This document shows, piece after piece, positions 29,379-40,623 of a DNA stretch of 64,000 nt (its first letter is position 1; each line of letters starts with the position of its first letter). The notes beneath the pieces are model-generated. The model was not told the origin of the DNA. It searched no databases and was given only the letters and a program-made list of their open reading frames with translations. The stretch comes from Marinicella sp. (GTDB lineage: Bacteria > Pseudomonadota > Gammaproteobacteria > Xanthomonadales > Marinicellaceae): contig OZ246001.1 of the NCBI GenBank assembly GCA_965230295.1, forward strand, positions 800,001-864,000. The letters are read 5' to 3'. A program made the position numbers and the translations under genes.

Positions 29379-31068
29379 AAGTAATTACTTTACCCAAGCG
29401 GCCAGCGATCCCACCAAAGAGTCCGCCGGCACTTTGGAACAACTGACATTATTGGCAGATTTGAGTCAGGATTTTGTCAAATCCATGGACATCAACGACA
29501 TCCTGAGTCGAGCAGTTAAACGCATCAAAAGTTACATGCATGCTGAAGCTGCCAGTATTTTCCTGGTTGATCGCAGCCAACAAAACCTGATTTGTCGGGC
29601 CAGTGCCGGCCCCGTCGATGTCACCGATATGGCCATCAGCGTCGATAATGGCATCATTGGTAGAACCTTCAGTACCGGCGAAAGCCAAATCATCATCGAT
29701 GCGCGAAAAGATGCTGATTTTGTCTGCCATGTCGACACCTTAACTGGCTTCCAAACCCGTTCTGTGTTGTGTACGCCTTTGATCACCCAAGGCAACACCA
29801 TAGGGGTGTTACAGGTGTTAAATAAACAAGACGAGCAATTGTTTAGAACCAGAGACTCTGACATTTTAAGGTTGTTGGCCACACCCATCGCATTGGCGGT
29901 ACAAAACGCCAGATTCACTTTGAATTTTGTCGAACAAAAGCGCATCAAAAAAGAACTGACTTTAGCAAGAAAACTACAACGGTCTTTGTTACCTGGCAGA
30001 CTCAAGCCACCTTTTCCTGTGGTTGGCACCAACATTTCTGCCAATGAAGTTTCTGGCGACTTTTACGATTATTTTGAATTGAATGATGGTACCGTTGGGT
30101 TCATCATTGGTGATGTTTCAGGCAAAGGATTGGATGCATCGATGCTGATGGTGCGAGCCAGCAGCTTGTTGCGCTGGATTGGCAAAGACCATTTACCTCC
30201 CGGCCAGTGGCTGGCCAAAGCCAACAAAGAATTGGTCGAAAAAGCCTCTCGGGGCCTGTTTGTTTGTGCAGCAGTTGGGTATTACAACCCGTCCACTGAT
30301 GTGGCCACCTGGTCCAATGCAGGCTTACCACCGGTCATCTACAAATGCCCTAAATGTAACATCAATACTTGGAAAGCTGATGCCCCACCATTAGGCATCA
30401 AAGCCAGCGACTTGTCTTTCGAACAGCAAAGCATGCAGTTGAATCAAGGCGGCTTGTATTTCCTGACTGACGGGTTGACCGATGCGCGCAACCATGAAAA
30501 CCAACGGCGCGAGCTGGATGGTATCATTGAAGACATCAAGATCACTGAATCAGAATCTCCTGAAGTGCGTATCGGTAAAATCATCACCTCAGCAAGAAGA
30601 CACACTTTGAACGATGATGCCACAGTTTTGTTGATCGAAAAACGCGACCATTTACAAGAACACACTTTACTGTTTGAGCATTTCAAGGCCAGCCCTTGTC
30701 AGTTAAAACACATCAGGCACAAAATCATGGAAGTGTCCAAACAAGTCGGGTTTGAGGAAGCCTGTTGCCAACAAATCATCCTCAGTTTGGATGAAGCCAT
30801 CACCAACATCATTCGACACGCATACAAGGGCGTTGATGATGGTGAAATAGAAATAGAAATCAAAACCCAGAACAAAACCCTGGTGTTTTACCTCAGGGAT
30901 TTCGCCCCTGAAGTTTATGACAGCTCCATTCGTCCCAGGGACTTATCCAACCCCTTGCCCGGCCAGATGGGCATCAACTTCATTGACAGTGTGATGGACA
31001 CCTGGGAATTCGCTACACCCAAAGACGGCTATGGCAATCTGTTGATCATGAAGAAAGAGATTGCTTAA
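29368..31068 (+). CDS. GAF - SpoIIE/PP2C phosphatase - RsbW-like HATPase fusion (partner-switching regulator)
   Basis: GAF (D..TGFQTRSVLC.P...GVLQVLNK), PP2C (VSGDFYD, GDVSGKG, TDGL.D, DDAT), HATPase_c (EAITNIIRHAY, RD, GN.L.M.K). Start moved to ATG 29368, overlapping the pssA stop. Confidence 0.88.
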   Translation: MKTESNYFTQAASDPTKESAGTLEQLTLLADLSQDFVKSMDINDILSRAVKRIKSYMHAEAASIFLVDRSQQNLICRASAGPVDVTDMAISVDNGIIGRTFSTGESQIIIDARKDADFVCHVDTLTGFQTRSVLCTPLITQGNTIGVLQVLNKQDEQLFRTRDSDILRLLATPIALAVQNARFTLNFVEQKRIKKELTLARKLQRSLLPGRLKPPFPVVGTNISANEVSGDFYDYFELNDGTVGFIIGDVSGKGLDASMLMVRASSLLRWIGKDHLPPGQWLAKANKELVEKASRGLFVCAAVGYYNPSTDVATWSNAGLPPVIYKCPKCNINTWKADAPPLGIKASDLSFEQQSMQLNQGGLYFLTDGLTDARNHENQRRELDGIIEDIKITESESPEVRIGKIITSARRHTLNDDATVLLIEKRDHLQEHTLLFEHFKASPCQLKHIRHKIMEVSKQVGFEEACCQQIILSLDEAITNIIRHAYKGVDDGEIEIEIKTQNKTLVFYLRDFAPEVYDSSIRPRDLSNPLPGQMGINFIDSVMDTWEFATPKDGYGNLLIMKKEIA

Positions 31069-31205
31069 ACCACTGAACATTATTTACAATTCAGACAGAA
31101 ATTCGCAGGCAGATTCATTTTAAGCGTTTGAATCAGCCCAAAAATCCAATTCATCTCTTTGAGCGTTAGAGATGAGTTGGCCACTAAATCATAAAAGGAA
31201 TACAA

Positions 31206-33161
31206 ATGAAATATCTTTTGATACTACTGCTGTCAATGTCTACTTATGTAAACAGCAAACCCATCCCACTTGAACATTTTGCCCAAAAAGCTAAGTTTAT
31301 TAACATGAAGATTGCACCAGATGGCAAACACCTGGCCTTTACTTATGAGGATGAAAGCCAAATAAAATTGGGCATCATGAACATGAAAACCATGCAGGGT
31401 ACCTTTTCATTCGACATGGGGCCAAACAGAGAAGCGGCTCAATTCTGGTGGGCAAACAATGAACGGGTAATCATCATCAGTCAGCGAATCACTGGCTGGC
31501 TTGATGGCAAAAACACATACCCAGAGATGTTTGCGGCAAATATTGACGGCAAAAAACGCCAGGTATTATGGAACTACCAAAGATCTGATGTACGCTTGGT
31601 TTCCCTCCTCCGCGATGACCCGGATCATGTCTTGGTATCCAAACATCATTTCACTGAAAACATGAGTGGCAAACTGCAAAAACTCAATGTTTATAACCGC
31701 AATATGGATTACCAACAAGACACCCCTAAATTGAAGGGAGGCAGAAACTCAAGAATCACATACATAGCGGTGGATAACAATGACGTTCCCAAGATTGCAT
31801 TTGAAAGGGACCCGATGAATCTGGATGATTTCTATGACGATGTGGCCTATATTCATATCAAAAACAGTCAAAATGTATGGGAGGTGTTGGACTTGCCCAA
31901 AAACCGTGACGACAGCGCTTTGATCCGCCCTTTGGGATTCAGCAAAGACAACCAAAAATTCTATTTCACCTCCAACCATGACCTGGATTACAAAGGCACC
32001 TCTGGATTATTCGAGTTTGATTATAAAGACAACACCATAAATCTCCTCTACAGGCATCCTGATGTAGATATCCAGGGTTCCATCCGGGGTAAGGACGGTG
32101 AAGTCATAGGAGCAGTTTACGAGGCTGGCTATCCAGGTTATTTTTATGTCAATGATGAAGTAGCAAAAGAACAAGTTAATTTCCATAAACAACTTCGTGC
32201 CAGTTTCAAAGGCCAGGAAGTTGTGGTGGGCAGTTACACACAAGACCAGACACAAACCACAGTCTATGTATATAGTGATCAAAATCCCGGTTCCTTTTAT
32301 TTATTTAACCGGGAAACCAACAAGGTTGAGTTTATAGCCAGCAGGCAACCTTTGATTGATCCAGTTAAAATGGCCAAGGTAGAACCCTTTACGTTGGAAG
32401 CCAGAGATGGCCTTAAAATGTATGGCCAAATGACCATTCCTCCAGGTAAGGAACTGAAAAACTTACCGATGGTGATATACCCCCATGGTGGCCCTTATGG
32501 TGCTGCAGATAATTGGGGATGGGAAAACAGACCTCAACTGTTTGCCAGCCGAGGATATTTGGTGTTACAACTCAATTTCAGGGGATCAGGTGGCTACGGG
32601 AAAGCATTTGAGGAATCAGGGAATACCCAATGGGGTGCTAAAATGCAAGATGACTTAACAGACGCCACTTTATGGGCTGTTAATCAGGGTTTTGCTGACA
32701 AAGACAGAATTTGCATACACGGCGTTAGCTATGGGGGGTATGCAGCTATGCACGGTGTCATTCATGAGCCAGACCTCTACAAATGTACCATTCCGGATGC
32801 AGGTATTTATGACATCGAACTGCAATGGAAAAAAGCCGACTCTTTCAGAGGCAACAAAAAAGCGAAAAAACTGTATTTCATGAAAATGTTTGGCACCGAT
32901 GATGATGAATCAATCATCAACCCGAGATCGCCATCTGAGAATGTGGATAAAGTGAAGGCAGACATTTTGTTGGTTCACGGCTCGGAAGATGTTCGTGTCC
33001 CCATTGAAAACGCCTACTATTTGGAAAAAAAGTTAAAGGCAGCAGGCAAGCCATATAAAACCCTATATCGGAAAGACGGTCATGGTTTTCAGAAAGTACC
33101 TTACCGCATTGAGCTGTACAAGAAAATGCTTGAATTTTTAGATAAACACATTGGCAGTTAA
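31206..33161 (+). CDS. Secreted S9 family (prolyl oligopeptidase / dipeptidyl peptidase-like) serine peptidase
   Basis: Signal peptide, beta-propeller region, PHGGP, NFRGSGGYG, GVSYGGY nucleophile, HG..D.RV, GHGF. Confidence 0.93.
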   Translation: MKYLLILLLSMSTYVNSKPIPLEHFAQKAKFINMKIAPDGKHLAFTYEDESQIKLGIMNMKTMQGTFSFDMGPNREAAQFWWANNERVIIISQRITGWLDGKNTYPEMFAANIDGKKRQVLWNYQRSDVRLVSLLRDDPDHVLVSKHHFTENMSGKLQKLNVYNRNMDYQQDTPKLKGGRNSRITYIAVDNNDVPKIAFERDPMNLDDFYDDVAYIHIKNSQNVWEVLDLPKNRDDSALIRPLGFSKDNQKFYFTSNHDLDYKGTSGLFEFDYKDNTINLLYRHPDVDIQGSIRGKDGEVIGAVYEAGYPGYFYVNDEVAKEQVNFHKQLRASFKGQEVVVGSYTQDQTQTTVYVYSDQNPGSFYLFNRETNKVEFIASRQPLIDPVKMAKVEPFTLEARDGLKMYGQMTIPPGKELKNLPMVIYPHGGPYGAADNWGWENRPQLFASRGYLVLQLNFRGSGGYGKAFEESGNTQWGAKMQDDLTDATLWAVNQGFADKDRICIHGVSYGGYAAMHGVIHEPDLYKCTIPDAGIYDIELQWKKADSFRGNKKAKKLYFMKMFGTDDDESIINPRSPSENVDKVKADILLVHGSEDVRVPIENAYYLEKKLKAAGKPYKTLYRKDGHGFQKVPYRIELYKKMLEFLDKHIGS

Positions 33162-33169
33162 TCATAACC

Positions 33170-33203
33170 AGCCCTGACCCAAAAGTCGGGGCTTTAAATT
33201 TTA
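33170..33203 (+). terminator. Probable terminator after the S9 peptidase
   Basis: AGCCCTGAC-CCAAAA-GTCGGGGCT followed by TTAAATTTT. Confidence 0.55.
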
Positions 33204-33439
33204 TGGAATGGTTTTTATCAATAACAGCGGGGCTGGTGGTACTGAGGTACACCTTTCATTTCTTTTTCGATGATTGGCAAGAGCTGGCTGAATGCCTCAA
33301 ACACTGGTTCACGCCAGAAGTCATCTCCATCCTGCGCGGCGAATGGGATCGCAGTTTATGGGCTGAACTGAAAATATTTGCCTGGTTATTACTGGGCATC
33401 TTGGCAAGCTATGGCAGCCATCAATTTCTGCTTGATTAA
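33203..33439 (+). CDS. Small hypothetical membrane protein (78 aa, two hydrophobic segments)
   Basis: Fills an otherwise empty gap. TM - Trp/Phe-rich loop (FFDDWQE...WFTPE...RGEW) - TM. Confidence 0.6.
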   Translation: MEWFLSITAGLVVLRYTFHFFFDDWQELAECLKHWFTPEVISILRGEWDRSLWAELKIFAWLLLGILASYGSHQFLLD

Positions 33440-33534
33440 TCCTTCAAGATCCTCCCCCTCCAACCCCAACAAACATAGACGAAACCTCAGTCGCATGAGA
33501 TAATATGGCGCTTTCATTTAACTGCTGTTAAACC

Positions 33535-35586
33535 ATGCCAACGACCGACAAGAAAGTCAGAAATATTTTCGTCACTTCAGCACTGCCCTATGCCAGTGGA
33601 TCACTGCATATTGGCCATTTTGTAGAACACAGCCAATCTGATATCTGGGCGCGCATGATGCGTTCCTTGGGGCATCATGTGAAATTCTTGTGTGCTGATG
33701 ACGCACATGGCACACCGATCATGCTCAATGCTGAAAAACAAGGCATGACTCCCGAAGCCATGGTGGATGGTATTCGCGAAGAACACTGGCGCGACCTGCA
33801 GGCTTTTGGGGTTTCCTATGATCATTACCATTCAACCCATTCACCTGAAAACAAAGAATTGGTGGAGCAGATCTATTTAAAACTGAAAGCCGCTGGCCAC
33901 ATTGACTCGAAGATTGTGGAACAATATTTCGACCCAGAAAGAGAGATGTTCTTGCCGGATCGCTTTGTCAAAGGCACTTGTCCAGTATGCAAAACCGAAG
34001 ATCAGTACAGCGATGGTTGTGAAGCTTGTGGCTCAACCTATGATCCGACAGAAATCATTAACCCCATATCAGTGGTCAGTGGCGCTACACCGGTGATGAA
34101 AGAATCCAAGCATTTATTCGTCAACTTGAAAAACTTCGAAGCCATGCTCAAACAATGGGTGGCCTCTGGTACCTTACAAGAAGAAGTCACCAATAAACTG
34201 GCAGAGTGGTTTGAAGCCGGCTTGCAGTCGTGGGACATCTCTCGTGATGCCCCTTATTTTGGTTTTGAGATTCCTGAAGAAGAAGGCAAATACTTTTATG
34301 TTTGGATGGATGCCCCGGTAGGCTATCTGGCCTGCCTGAAACACGTGTGTGATCAACAAGGTGAAGATTTTGCTCCTTGGGTTGACCCCAACACTGAACA
34401 TGAGATGTACCATTTTATTGGTAAAGACATCCTGTACTTCCACTCCTTATTTTGGCCGGCCATGCTTTATGGTGCTGGCATGAAACTACCCAATGCCGTC
34501 TATGTTCACGGTTTCTTAACCGTCAATGGTACCAAGATGAGTAAATCACGAGGTACATTCATCAAAGCGTCTACCTATCTGGAGCATTTAAACCCAGACT
34601 ATCTGCGTTATTATTTTGCCGCCAAATTATCTGATGGCTTGGTCGACATTGACCTCAACATGGAAGATTTCAGGCAACGGGTCAATTCTGACCTGGTGGG
34701 CAAAGTCGTCAACATTGCTTCGCGTTGCGCTGGTTTTATCAAGAAAAAATTCAACTCTACCCTATCAACAGAATTACACAACCCAGCCTTGTACGATGAA
34801 TTCCTCAGTCATTCAAACGACATAGCTGTCCTGTTTGAAAAGCGTAAATACAATGCCGCCATCAGACAAATCATGGCCCTGGCAGACAAAGCCAATCAAT
34901 ACATTGCTGACATGGCACCCTGGGTGGCGATCAAAGAGGATGGCAAATTGGATGAAGTCCATCAAGTGTGCTCCACCGGCATCAATCTGTTTCGGGTTTT
35001 GATGACCTGGCTGGCTCCGGTGATTCCATTCACTGCCCGCAAAGCCGAAGACTTCCTACAAGTGGATTTGAATGACTGGTATGCCATTGAGCAACCCTTA
35101 TTGGACCATGGCATCAACAAATTCAAGCCCTTGATCAGTCGCATTGAGCCGGAAACCCTGGAAGCCATCATTGAACAAAGCAAAGAAGATTTAGAAGCCT
35201 CCAAACAAGTGGTAAAAGCCAATGAGTCCAATGGACAACTGGCCGGCGATCCCATCAGTGCTGAAATTGATTTCAACGCCTTCGCCCAAGTGGACTTGAG
35301 GGTGGTCAAAATTGTTGATGCCCAACATGTTGAAAAAGCCGATAAGTTATTACAACTGACCCTGGATTTGGGCGGGGAAACCCGCAACGTTTTTGCAGGT
35401 ATCAAAGCGGCTTATCAACCCGAAGACCTGATCGGCAAGCACACCGTGATGGTGGCCAATCTGGCTCCACGCAAAATGCGCTTTGGAGTTTCTGAAGGCA
35501 TGGTATTGGCTGCCGGACCAGGAGGTGAAGAGATCTTCATCCTGGAACCCGATGATGGGGCACAACCTGGCATGCGGGTGAAATAA
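33535..35586 (+). CDS. metG: Methionine--tRNA ligase
   Basis: ALPYA.G.LHIGH, Zn knuckle [25 protein letters not shown]-terminal tRNA-binding domain. Confidence 0.98.
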   Translation: MPTTDKKVRNIFVTSALPYASGSLHIGHFVEHSQSDIWARMMRSLGHHVKFLCADDAHGTPIMLNAEKQGMTPEAMVDGIREEHWRDLQAFGVSYDHYHSTHSPENKELVEQIYLKLKAAGHIDSKIVEQYFDPEREMFLPDRFVKGTCPVCKTEDQYSDGCEACGSTYDPTEIINPISVVSGATPVMKESKHLFVNLKNFEAMLKQWVASGTLQEEVTNKLAEWFEAGLQSWDISRDAPYFGFEIPEEEGKYFYVWMDAPVGYLACLKHVCDQQGEDFAPWVDPNTEHEMYHFIGKDILYFHSLFWPAMLYGAGMKLPNAVYVHGFLTVNGTKMSKSRGTFIKASTYLEHLNPDYLRYYFAAKLSDGLVDIDLNMEDFRQRVNSDLVGKVVNIASRCAGFIKKKFNSTLSTELHNPALYDEFLSHSNDIAVLFEKRKYNAAIRQIMALADKANQYIADMAPWVAIKEDGKLDEVHQVCSTGINLFRVLMTWLAPVIPFTARKAEDFLQVDLNDWYAIEQPLLDHGINKFKPLISRIEPETLEAIIEQSKEDLEASKQVVKANESNGQLAGDPISAEIDFNAFAQVDLRVVKIVDAQHVEKADKLLQLTLDLGGETRNVFAGIKAAYQPEDLIGKHTVMVANLAPRKMRFGVSEGMVLAAGPGGEEIFILEPDDGAQPGMRVK

Positions 35587-35593
35587 TTCTGAC

Positions 35594-36175
35594 ATGAGTG
35601 AAATTTTCCTCATTTTTATCGGCGCGGCCTTCGTTAACAACTTTGTGTTGGTTAGGTTTTTAGGGTTGTGTCCGTTTATGGGGGTATCCACTCAATACAA
35701 ATCTGCCATGGGTATGAGCTTTGCCACGGCCTTTGTGTTAACCATGTCTTCCATTGCCAGTTATCTGGTGAATGAATACCTGCTGGTGCCATTGGGGCTG
35801 GAGTATTTGAAAACACTCAGCTTCATCTTGGTCATAGCAGTGACCGTTCAAGTGACTGAAATGATTTTACACAAATCATCTCCTTTGCTGTACCAGGTCT
35901 TGGGGCTGTTTTTGCCATTGATCACCACCAATTGTGCGGTCTTGGGCGTGGCTTTATTGAATGTACAAAAACAAAACAGTTTGATTGAATCTGCTTTCTT
36001 TGGCTTTGGTGCGGCTTTTGGTTTTGGTCTGGTACTGGTGTTGTTCTCTGCCATAAGAGAACGGTTAGAAATGGCCAATGTACCCAACTCATTCCGGGGG
36101 CTGCCGATCGCCTTGATGACAGCAGGCATCATGTCTTTGGCCTTCATGGGATTTTCCGGGATGACCAACACATGA
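35594..36175 (+). CDS. rnfA: Rnf/Rsx electron transport complex subunit A
   Basis: [28 protein letters not shown]. Confidence 0.96.
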   Translation: MSEIFLIFIGAAFVNNFVLVRFLGLCPFMGVSTQYKSAMGMSFATAFVLTMSSIASYLVNEYLLVPLGLEYLKTLSFILVIAVTVQVTEMILHKSSPLLYQVLGLFLPLITTNCAVLGVALLNVQKQNSLIESAFFGFGAAFGFGLVLVLFSAIRERLEMANVPNSFRGLPIALMTAGIMSLAFMGFSGMTNT

Positions 36176-36771
36176 GTGTTGAAACCACCAATTGGCTGTT
36201 GGCATTAGCTGGGATGGTGGCCTTGGCCACTGTTTTTGGGGTTTTGATTGTTTGGGTGGCACAAAAGTTTAAAGTTGAAGGCAACCCAATTGTCGAACAA
36301 ATCAATGCCATCTTGCCCCAAACCCAATGCGGTCAATGCAACTACCCAGGGTGCAAACCCTATGCTGAGGCCATAGCCAGTGGCGAAGCACCAATCAATC
36401 AATGTCCACCAGGTGGTCAGGAAGGGATCAAAAAGCTGGCCGATTTATTGGATGTTGAGGTATTGGAGTTGAACCCGGAAAACGGCGCCGAAGTCGAAGA
36501 CCAGGTGGTAGAAATCGTTGAACCGGATTGCATCGGATGTACCAAATGCATACAAGTTTGTCCTGTTGACGCCATTGTGGGTGCCGCCAAACAAATGCAC
36601 ACCGTCATATTGGATGAATGCACCGGATGCGATTTATGCATCCCTGCCTGCCCGGTGGATTGCATCATCAAAATACCAGCTCCGGTGCCGGCAAAAATTG
36701 TTCGCTCAACAAAACCCGATTTATACCAAGTGATTGAACAGGCCCAAGCCTTCACTCAGGAGCCTTCATAA
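36172..36771 (+). CDS. rnfB: Rnf/Rsx subunit B (Fe-S)
   Basis: [19 protein letters not shown], two CxxCxxCxxxCP motifs. Confidence 0.96.
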   Translation: MSVETTNWLLALAGMVALATVFGVLIVWVAQKFKVEGNPIVEQINAILPQTQCGQCNYPGCKPYAEAIASGEAPINQCPPGGQEGIKKLADLLDVEVLELNPENGAEVEDQVVEIVEPDCIGCTKCIQVCPVDAIVGAAKQMHTVILDECTGCDLCIPACPVDCIIKIPAPVPAKIVRSTKPDLYQVIEQAQAFTQEPS

Positions 36772-38300
36772 TGACAGAACGCCTGTCACATTTTCATGGT
36801 GGTTTGGTATTGAGACACCACAAAAAAATGTCATGCGATCATGAAATGCGCATGGCGGGTTTGCCTGACCAATTGGTGATCACACTGAAGTCCAACCGAG
36901 GACATAGACCTGAGCCTGTGGTTGGTAAGGGCGATCACGTCTTGAAAGGTCAGGTGATTGCTCAAGCTGAACACCCAGACGGTTCATATGTGCATGCGCC
37001 CACCTCTGGAACCATTGGTGATTTTACCCAGACTGCCACTGCCGGGCCTGATGCTGTTCATGCACCCGGTGTCACACTGATTCCGGATGGCCATGATCAA
37101 TGGCTAAAACAACCGGAAATGGAAAAACCATCAACCCGAAAAGAAATCATTGCTCGCATCAGAGCCGCTGGCATCATTGGGTTGGGCGGAGCCGGGTTTC
37201 CTACCCACAGTAAGTACCATGGAAATAGCAGCCAAGCCACCACCTTGATCATCAATGGAGCTGAATGCGAGCCTTATATTTCATGCGACGAAAGATTGAT
37301 GCTGGATCACCCGGCAGACATTGTCAGTGGTACCCAATGGTTGATGCAGGCAGCAGCGGCAGAATATGCCATCATTGCATTAGAAGACAATGTGGGTGGT
37401 GTCAAGCAACAAATGGAGGCCGCCATTAAGGCACAACAACTGAGTCACATCTCAGTCGTCAAAGTACCCACCATTTACCCCACAGGTGGTGAAAAACAAT
37501 TGATCAAGGTATTGACCGGACTGGAAGTTCCGAGTGGACAAACGCCGATGTCCTTGGGTCTGATCATGCAAAATGTGGCCACAGCCAAAGCAGTTCATGA
37601 CGCCATTGAGCTCAACCGGCCACTGCTAGAACGGGTGGTCACTGTTACGGGCGACTGTGTGGCCAATCCGGGAAACTATTTGGCACTCATAGGCACACCG
37701 TTTGAACACCTACTGAAACTGGCCAATTGTGACATGTCACAGTTGAATAAACTGATCATTGGAGGACCCATGATGGGTTACGCCATGCCACATGCCGACA
37801 TCGGCATTGAAAAAACCACCAATTGTTTGTTGGCACTGCCAGCGGAAAGTACCAAACCAGAAATTGACCCCATGCCCTGTATCCGGTGTGGAGACTGCGT
37901 CAAAGTTTGTCCGCAGGAATTATTACCCCAACAATTACTCTGGTACATCAATGGCAATGGCCAAACCAATGATCTAGAGAAAGCCAGAGAGCACCATGTG
38001 TTTGATTGCATTGAATGCGGTGCCTGTTCCTGGGTTTGTCCCAGTCACATCAACCTGGTTGATTTTTACCGCTTTGCCAAATCGGAAATCACCTACCTGG
38101 ATCACAAAAAGGCCAAAGCCAATGCCGCCAAAAACAGGTTTGATGATCGTGAAGCCCGGTTGGCACGCATCAAAGCTGAGCGACAAGCCAAACGGCGGCA
38201 AAAAACTTCAAAGTTAACTGACAAGACAAAAGCCAAAAAAGAAATATCTGCCGTCTTGGAACGGATCAAACAACAATCCAGGGAAACCAGCAATGAATAA
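36771..38300 (+). CDS. rnfC: Rnf/Rsx subunit C
   Basis: GLGGAGFPT, NGAECEPYI..D, YP.GGEKQL, CIRCGDC, CIECGAC. Short C-terminal tail. Confidence 0.96.
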   Translation: MTERLSHFHGGLVLRHHKKMSCDHEMRMAGLPDQLVITLKSNRGHRPEPVVGKGDHVLKGQVIAQAEHPDGSYVHAPTSGTIGDFTQTATAGPDAVHAPGVTLIPDGHDQWLKQPEMEKPSTRKEIIARIRAAGIIGLGGAGFPTHSKYHGNSSQATTLIINGAECEPYISCDERLMLDHPADIVSGTQWLMQAAAAEYAIIALEDNVGGVKQQMEAAIKAQQLSHISVVKVPTIYPTGGEKQLIKVLTGLEVPSGQTPMSLGLIMQNVATAKAVHDAIELNRPLLERVVTVTGDCVANPGNYLALIGTPFEHLLKLANCDMSQLNKLIIGGPMMGYAMPHADIGIEKTTNCLLALPAESTKPEIDPMPCIRCGDCVKVCPQELLPQQLLWYINGNGQTNDLEKAREHHVFDCIECGACSWVCPSHINLVDFYRFAKSEITYLDHKKAKANAAKNRFDDREARLARIKAERQAKRRQKTSKLTDKTKAKKEISAVLERIKQQSRETSNE

Positions 38301-39342
38301 GGGACTCAACACCAGCAGTGCTCCACACATCCCGGCCCGCATCAGTGTCAGGCAAGTTATGTTGTGGGTTTGTATCACGCTGGTTCCTGCGACCCTGGCA
38401 CATATGTATTATTTCGGCCCGGGTATTCTGATCCAATTGCTGCTGGCAACTGGCAGTGCCTATTTGTTTGAGTTGTGGTGTTTGAAGTGGCGGAAACAGC
38501 CCATGAAGCCCTTTATGACCGACCTCAGTGCTTTGGTTACAGCGTGGTTGTTTGTGTTGTGTATTTCCCCGATTGCCCCCTGGTATGTGCCCGTGGTTGG
38601 CATGTTTTTTGCCATTGTGGTGGCCAAACACCTTTATGGCGGCTTGGGCAACAACATCTTTAATCCGGCCATGGTTGGTTTTGCAGTCATACTGATTGCC
38701 TTTCCGCAGTCGATGTCACTGTGGTTACCACCTGGTGGTTTGATGGATCACATGCATGTCAGCCAATCCTTATCCATCGCTGAATTATTCGAGTGGGTGT
38801 TTATTGGCCATGCAGTTGAAGCTGTGGATGCAGTCACTGCAGCCACCCCATTGTCATCAGTACAAACTGGCTTACAACAAGGCTACAGCTTGAGTGAGAT
38901 CACTGAACAGTCCATTTTTGGCGATTTTGGTGGGCAAGGTTGGGAGTGGATTGCCAATTGGTTGTTTTTGGGTGGCGTGGTGTTGCTCTACAAACGCATC
39001 ATCACCTGGCATGTTCCTGCTGCTGTTTTATTGACCACCATTGCAGCAGCCACACCGTTCTATCTATTCAATGGTGATATGTACATGTCTCCCCAGCAGC
39101 ACTTGTTTTCAGGCGGCACCATGTTAGCGGCTTTTTTCATTGCCACTGACCCCACATCAGGGTGCTCAAGCAACCGCGGCAAGATCATTTTTGGTGCAGG
39201 TGTGGCCATTCTGACTGTATTGATCAGAAATTTTGGCGCCTTTCCTGACGGTGTGGCATTTGCCGTGTTGTTAATGAACATGTCTGCGCCTTTGATAGAC
39301 CGCCTCACCATTCCAAACCCATATGGTAAAAAAGGTCAGTGA
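38293..39342 (+). CDS. rnfD: Rnf/Rsx subunit D
   Basis: KHLYGGLG.N.FNPAM, TAATPL (FMN Thr), FFIATDP, PDGVAF. Confidence 0.96.
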   Translation: MNKGLNTSSAPHIPARISVRQVMLWVCITLVPATLAHMYYFGPGILIQLLLATGSAYLFELWCLKWRKQPMKPFMTDLSALVTAWLFVLCISPIAPWYVPVVGMFFAIVVAKHLYGGLGNNIFNPAMVGFAVILIAFPQSMSLWLPPGGLMDHMHVSQSLSIAELFEWVFIGHAVEAVDAVTAATPLSSVQTGLQQGYSLSEITEQSIFGDFGGQGWEWIANWLFLGGVVLLYKRIITWHVPAAVLLTTIAAATPFYLFNGDMYMSPQQHLFSGGTMLAAFFIATDPTSGCSSNRGKIIFGAGVAILTVLIRNFGAFPDGVAFAVLLMNMSAPLIDRLTIPNPYGKKGQ

Positions 39343-39971
39343 AGATGTCTGTTGAGAATAAAAAACCTTGGATCTTGCCTGTCATCTTAGCCGCCATGAC
39401 CTTATTGACCAGCGCTTTGTTGATGTTCAGTCACCATTTAACTGCCGATAAAATTGCAGAACAGAAACTGCAGGCAAAACTGGCTTCACTGACGCGTTTA
39501 TTTCCCAAGGGGATATCCGATAACAACCTGATCGAAGATGCCATTGACTTGTTTGAACCCGATAAATTAGGACACCGACAAACAGAACAACTTTACCTGG
39601 GCACCAAAGGCGGTGTGCTGAGTGCTGTGGCCATTCCGGTCACAGCCCAAAATGGATATTCAGGTGACATCGAATTGTTGGTCGGGGTTGACATCAATGG
39701 CCAAATCACAGCCGTTGAAATCCTTGCCCACAAAGAAACACCTGGCTTGGGTGACCTGATAGAAAGCAACAAAAGTGACTGGTTGTTACAATTTCCAGGC
39801 ACTTCGTTATCTCAGCCACATGCATCCGAATGGGCTGTCAAAAAAGACCAAGGACATTTCGACCAAATCACTGCAGCAACCATCACTCCCAGGGCCGTGG
39901 TGGGCGCACTGAAGAAAGCCTTGATTTACCATCAAGAATTCATACAACTGAGGACACCAAATCATGAGTGA
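39339..39971 (+). CDS. rnfG: Rnf/Rsx subunit G
   Basis: GYSG.I, HKETPGLGD, FDQITAATIT (FMN site). Confidence 0.95.
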   Translation: MKMSVENKKPWILPVILAAMTLLTSALLMFSHHLTADKIAEQKLQAKLASLTRLFPKGISDNNLIEDAIDLFEPDKLGHRQTEQLYLGTKGGVLSAVAIPVTAQNGYSGDIELLVGVDINGQITAVEILAHKETPGLGDLIESNKSDWLLQFPGTSLSQPHASEWAVKKDQGHFDQITAATITPRAVVGALKKALIYHQEFIQLRTPNHE

Positions 39972-40623
39972 ATTCATTAGAAATCGTTTGTTAGATAACA
40001 ACGCAGCCTTGGTACAAATGCTTGGTTTATGTCCTTTGTTAGCCGTCTCAAACACGGCCATCAATGCCATGGGCATGGGCACTGCCACCATCTGTGTGGT
40101 TGTGGTCACCAATTTATTGGTCTCACTGATCCGCCCCATCACCAGGAAAGAAATCAGGATACCACTTTTTGTGTTGCTCATAGCCAGTGTGGTGACCACC
40201 CTGGAAATGATGATGAATGCCTTCTTTCACGAACTGTATTTAACCTTAGGTATTTTCATTCCATTGATTGTAACCAACTGTTTGATCATGGCCAGGGCGG
40301 AAGCGTTCGCCTCAAAGAATGATTGGTGGCTGTCTGTCAAAGATGGTTTTTTTGTGGGATTGGGTTTTGCCCTGGTGATGTTGGCCATCGGCATCATGCG
40401 TGAGGTCACCGGACAAGGTACATTATTTAGCCATGCACACCTGTTGTTTGGTGAATGGGGGCATCACTTGGAATTAACACTGATTCCTGATTATGATGGA
40501 TTTTTGATTGCTATACTACCCCCAGGTGCCTTCTTTGCCTTGGGCCTATTGGTGGCGATTAAAAATAAAAGAGACGCAAAAATAGCTGCAGTTCAAGAGT
40601 CTGCTGTTAACAATCATGGATGA
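39964..40623 (+). CDS. rnfE: Rnf/Rsx subunit E
   Basis: LGLCPLLAVS, EIRIP, GIFIPLIVTNC, LPPGAF. Confidence 0.96.
   Translation: MSEFIRNRLLDNNAALVQMLGLCPLLAVSNTAINAMGMGTATICVVVVTNLLVSLIRPITRKEIRIPLFVLLIASVVTTLEMMMNAFFHELYLTLGIFIPLIVTNCLIMARAEAFASKNDWWLSVKDGFFVGLGFALVMLAIGIMREVTGQGTLFSHAHLLFGEWGHHLELTLIPDYDGFLIAILPPGAFFALGLLVAIKNKRDAKIAAVQESAVNNHG

Noticed and set aside
29532-30044. 170-aa minus-strand ORF
   Set aside because: Antisense to the GAF-PP2C gene, no recognisable domain.
34962-35405. 147-aa minus-strand ORF
   Set aside because: Antisense to metG in the mirror frame.
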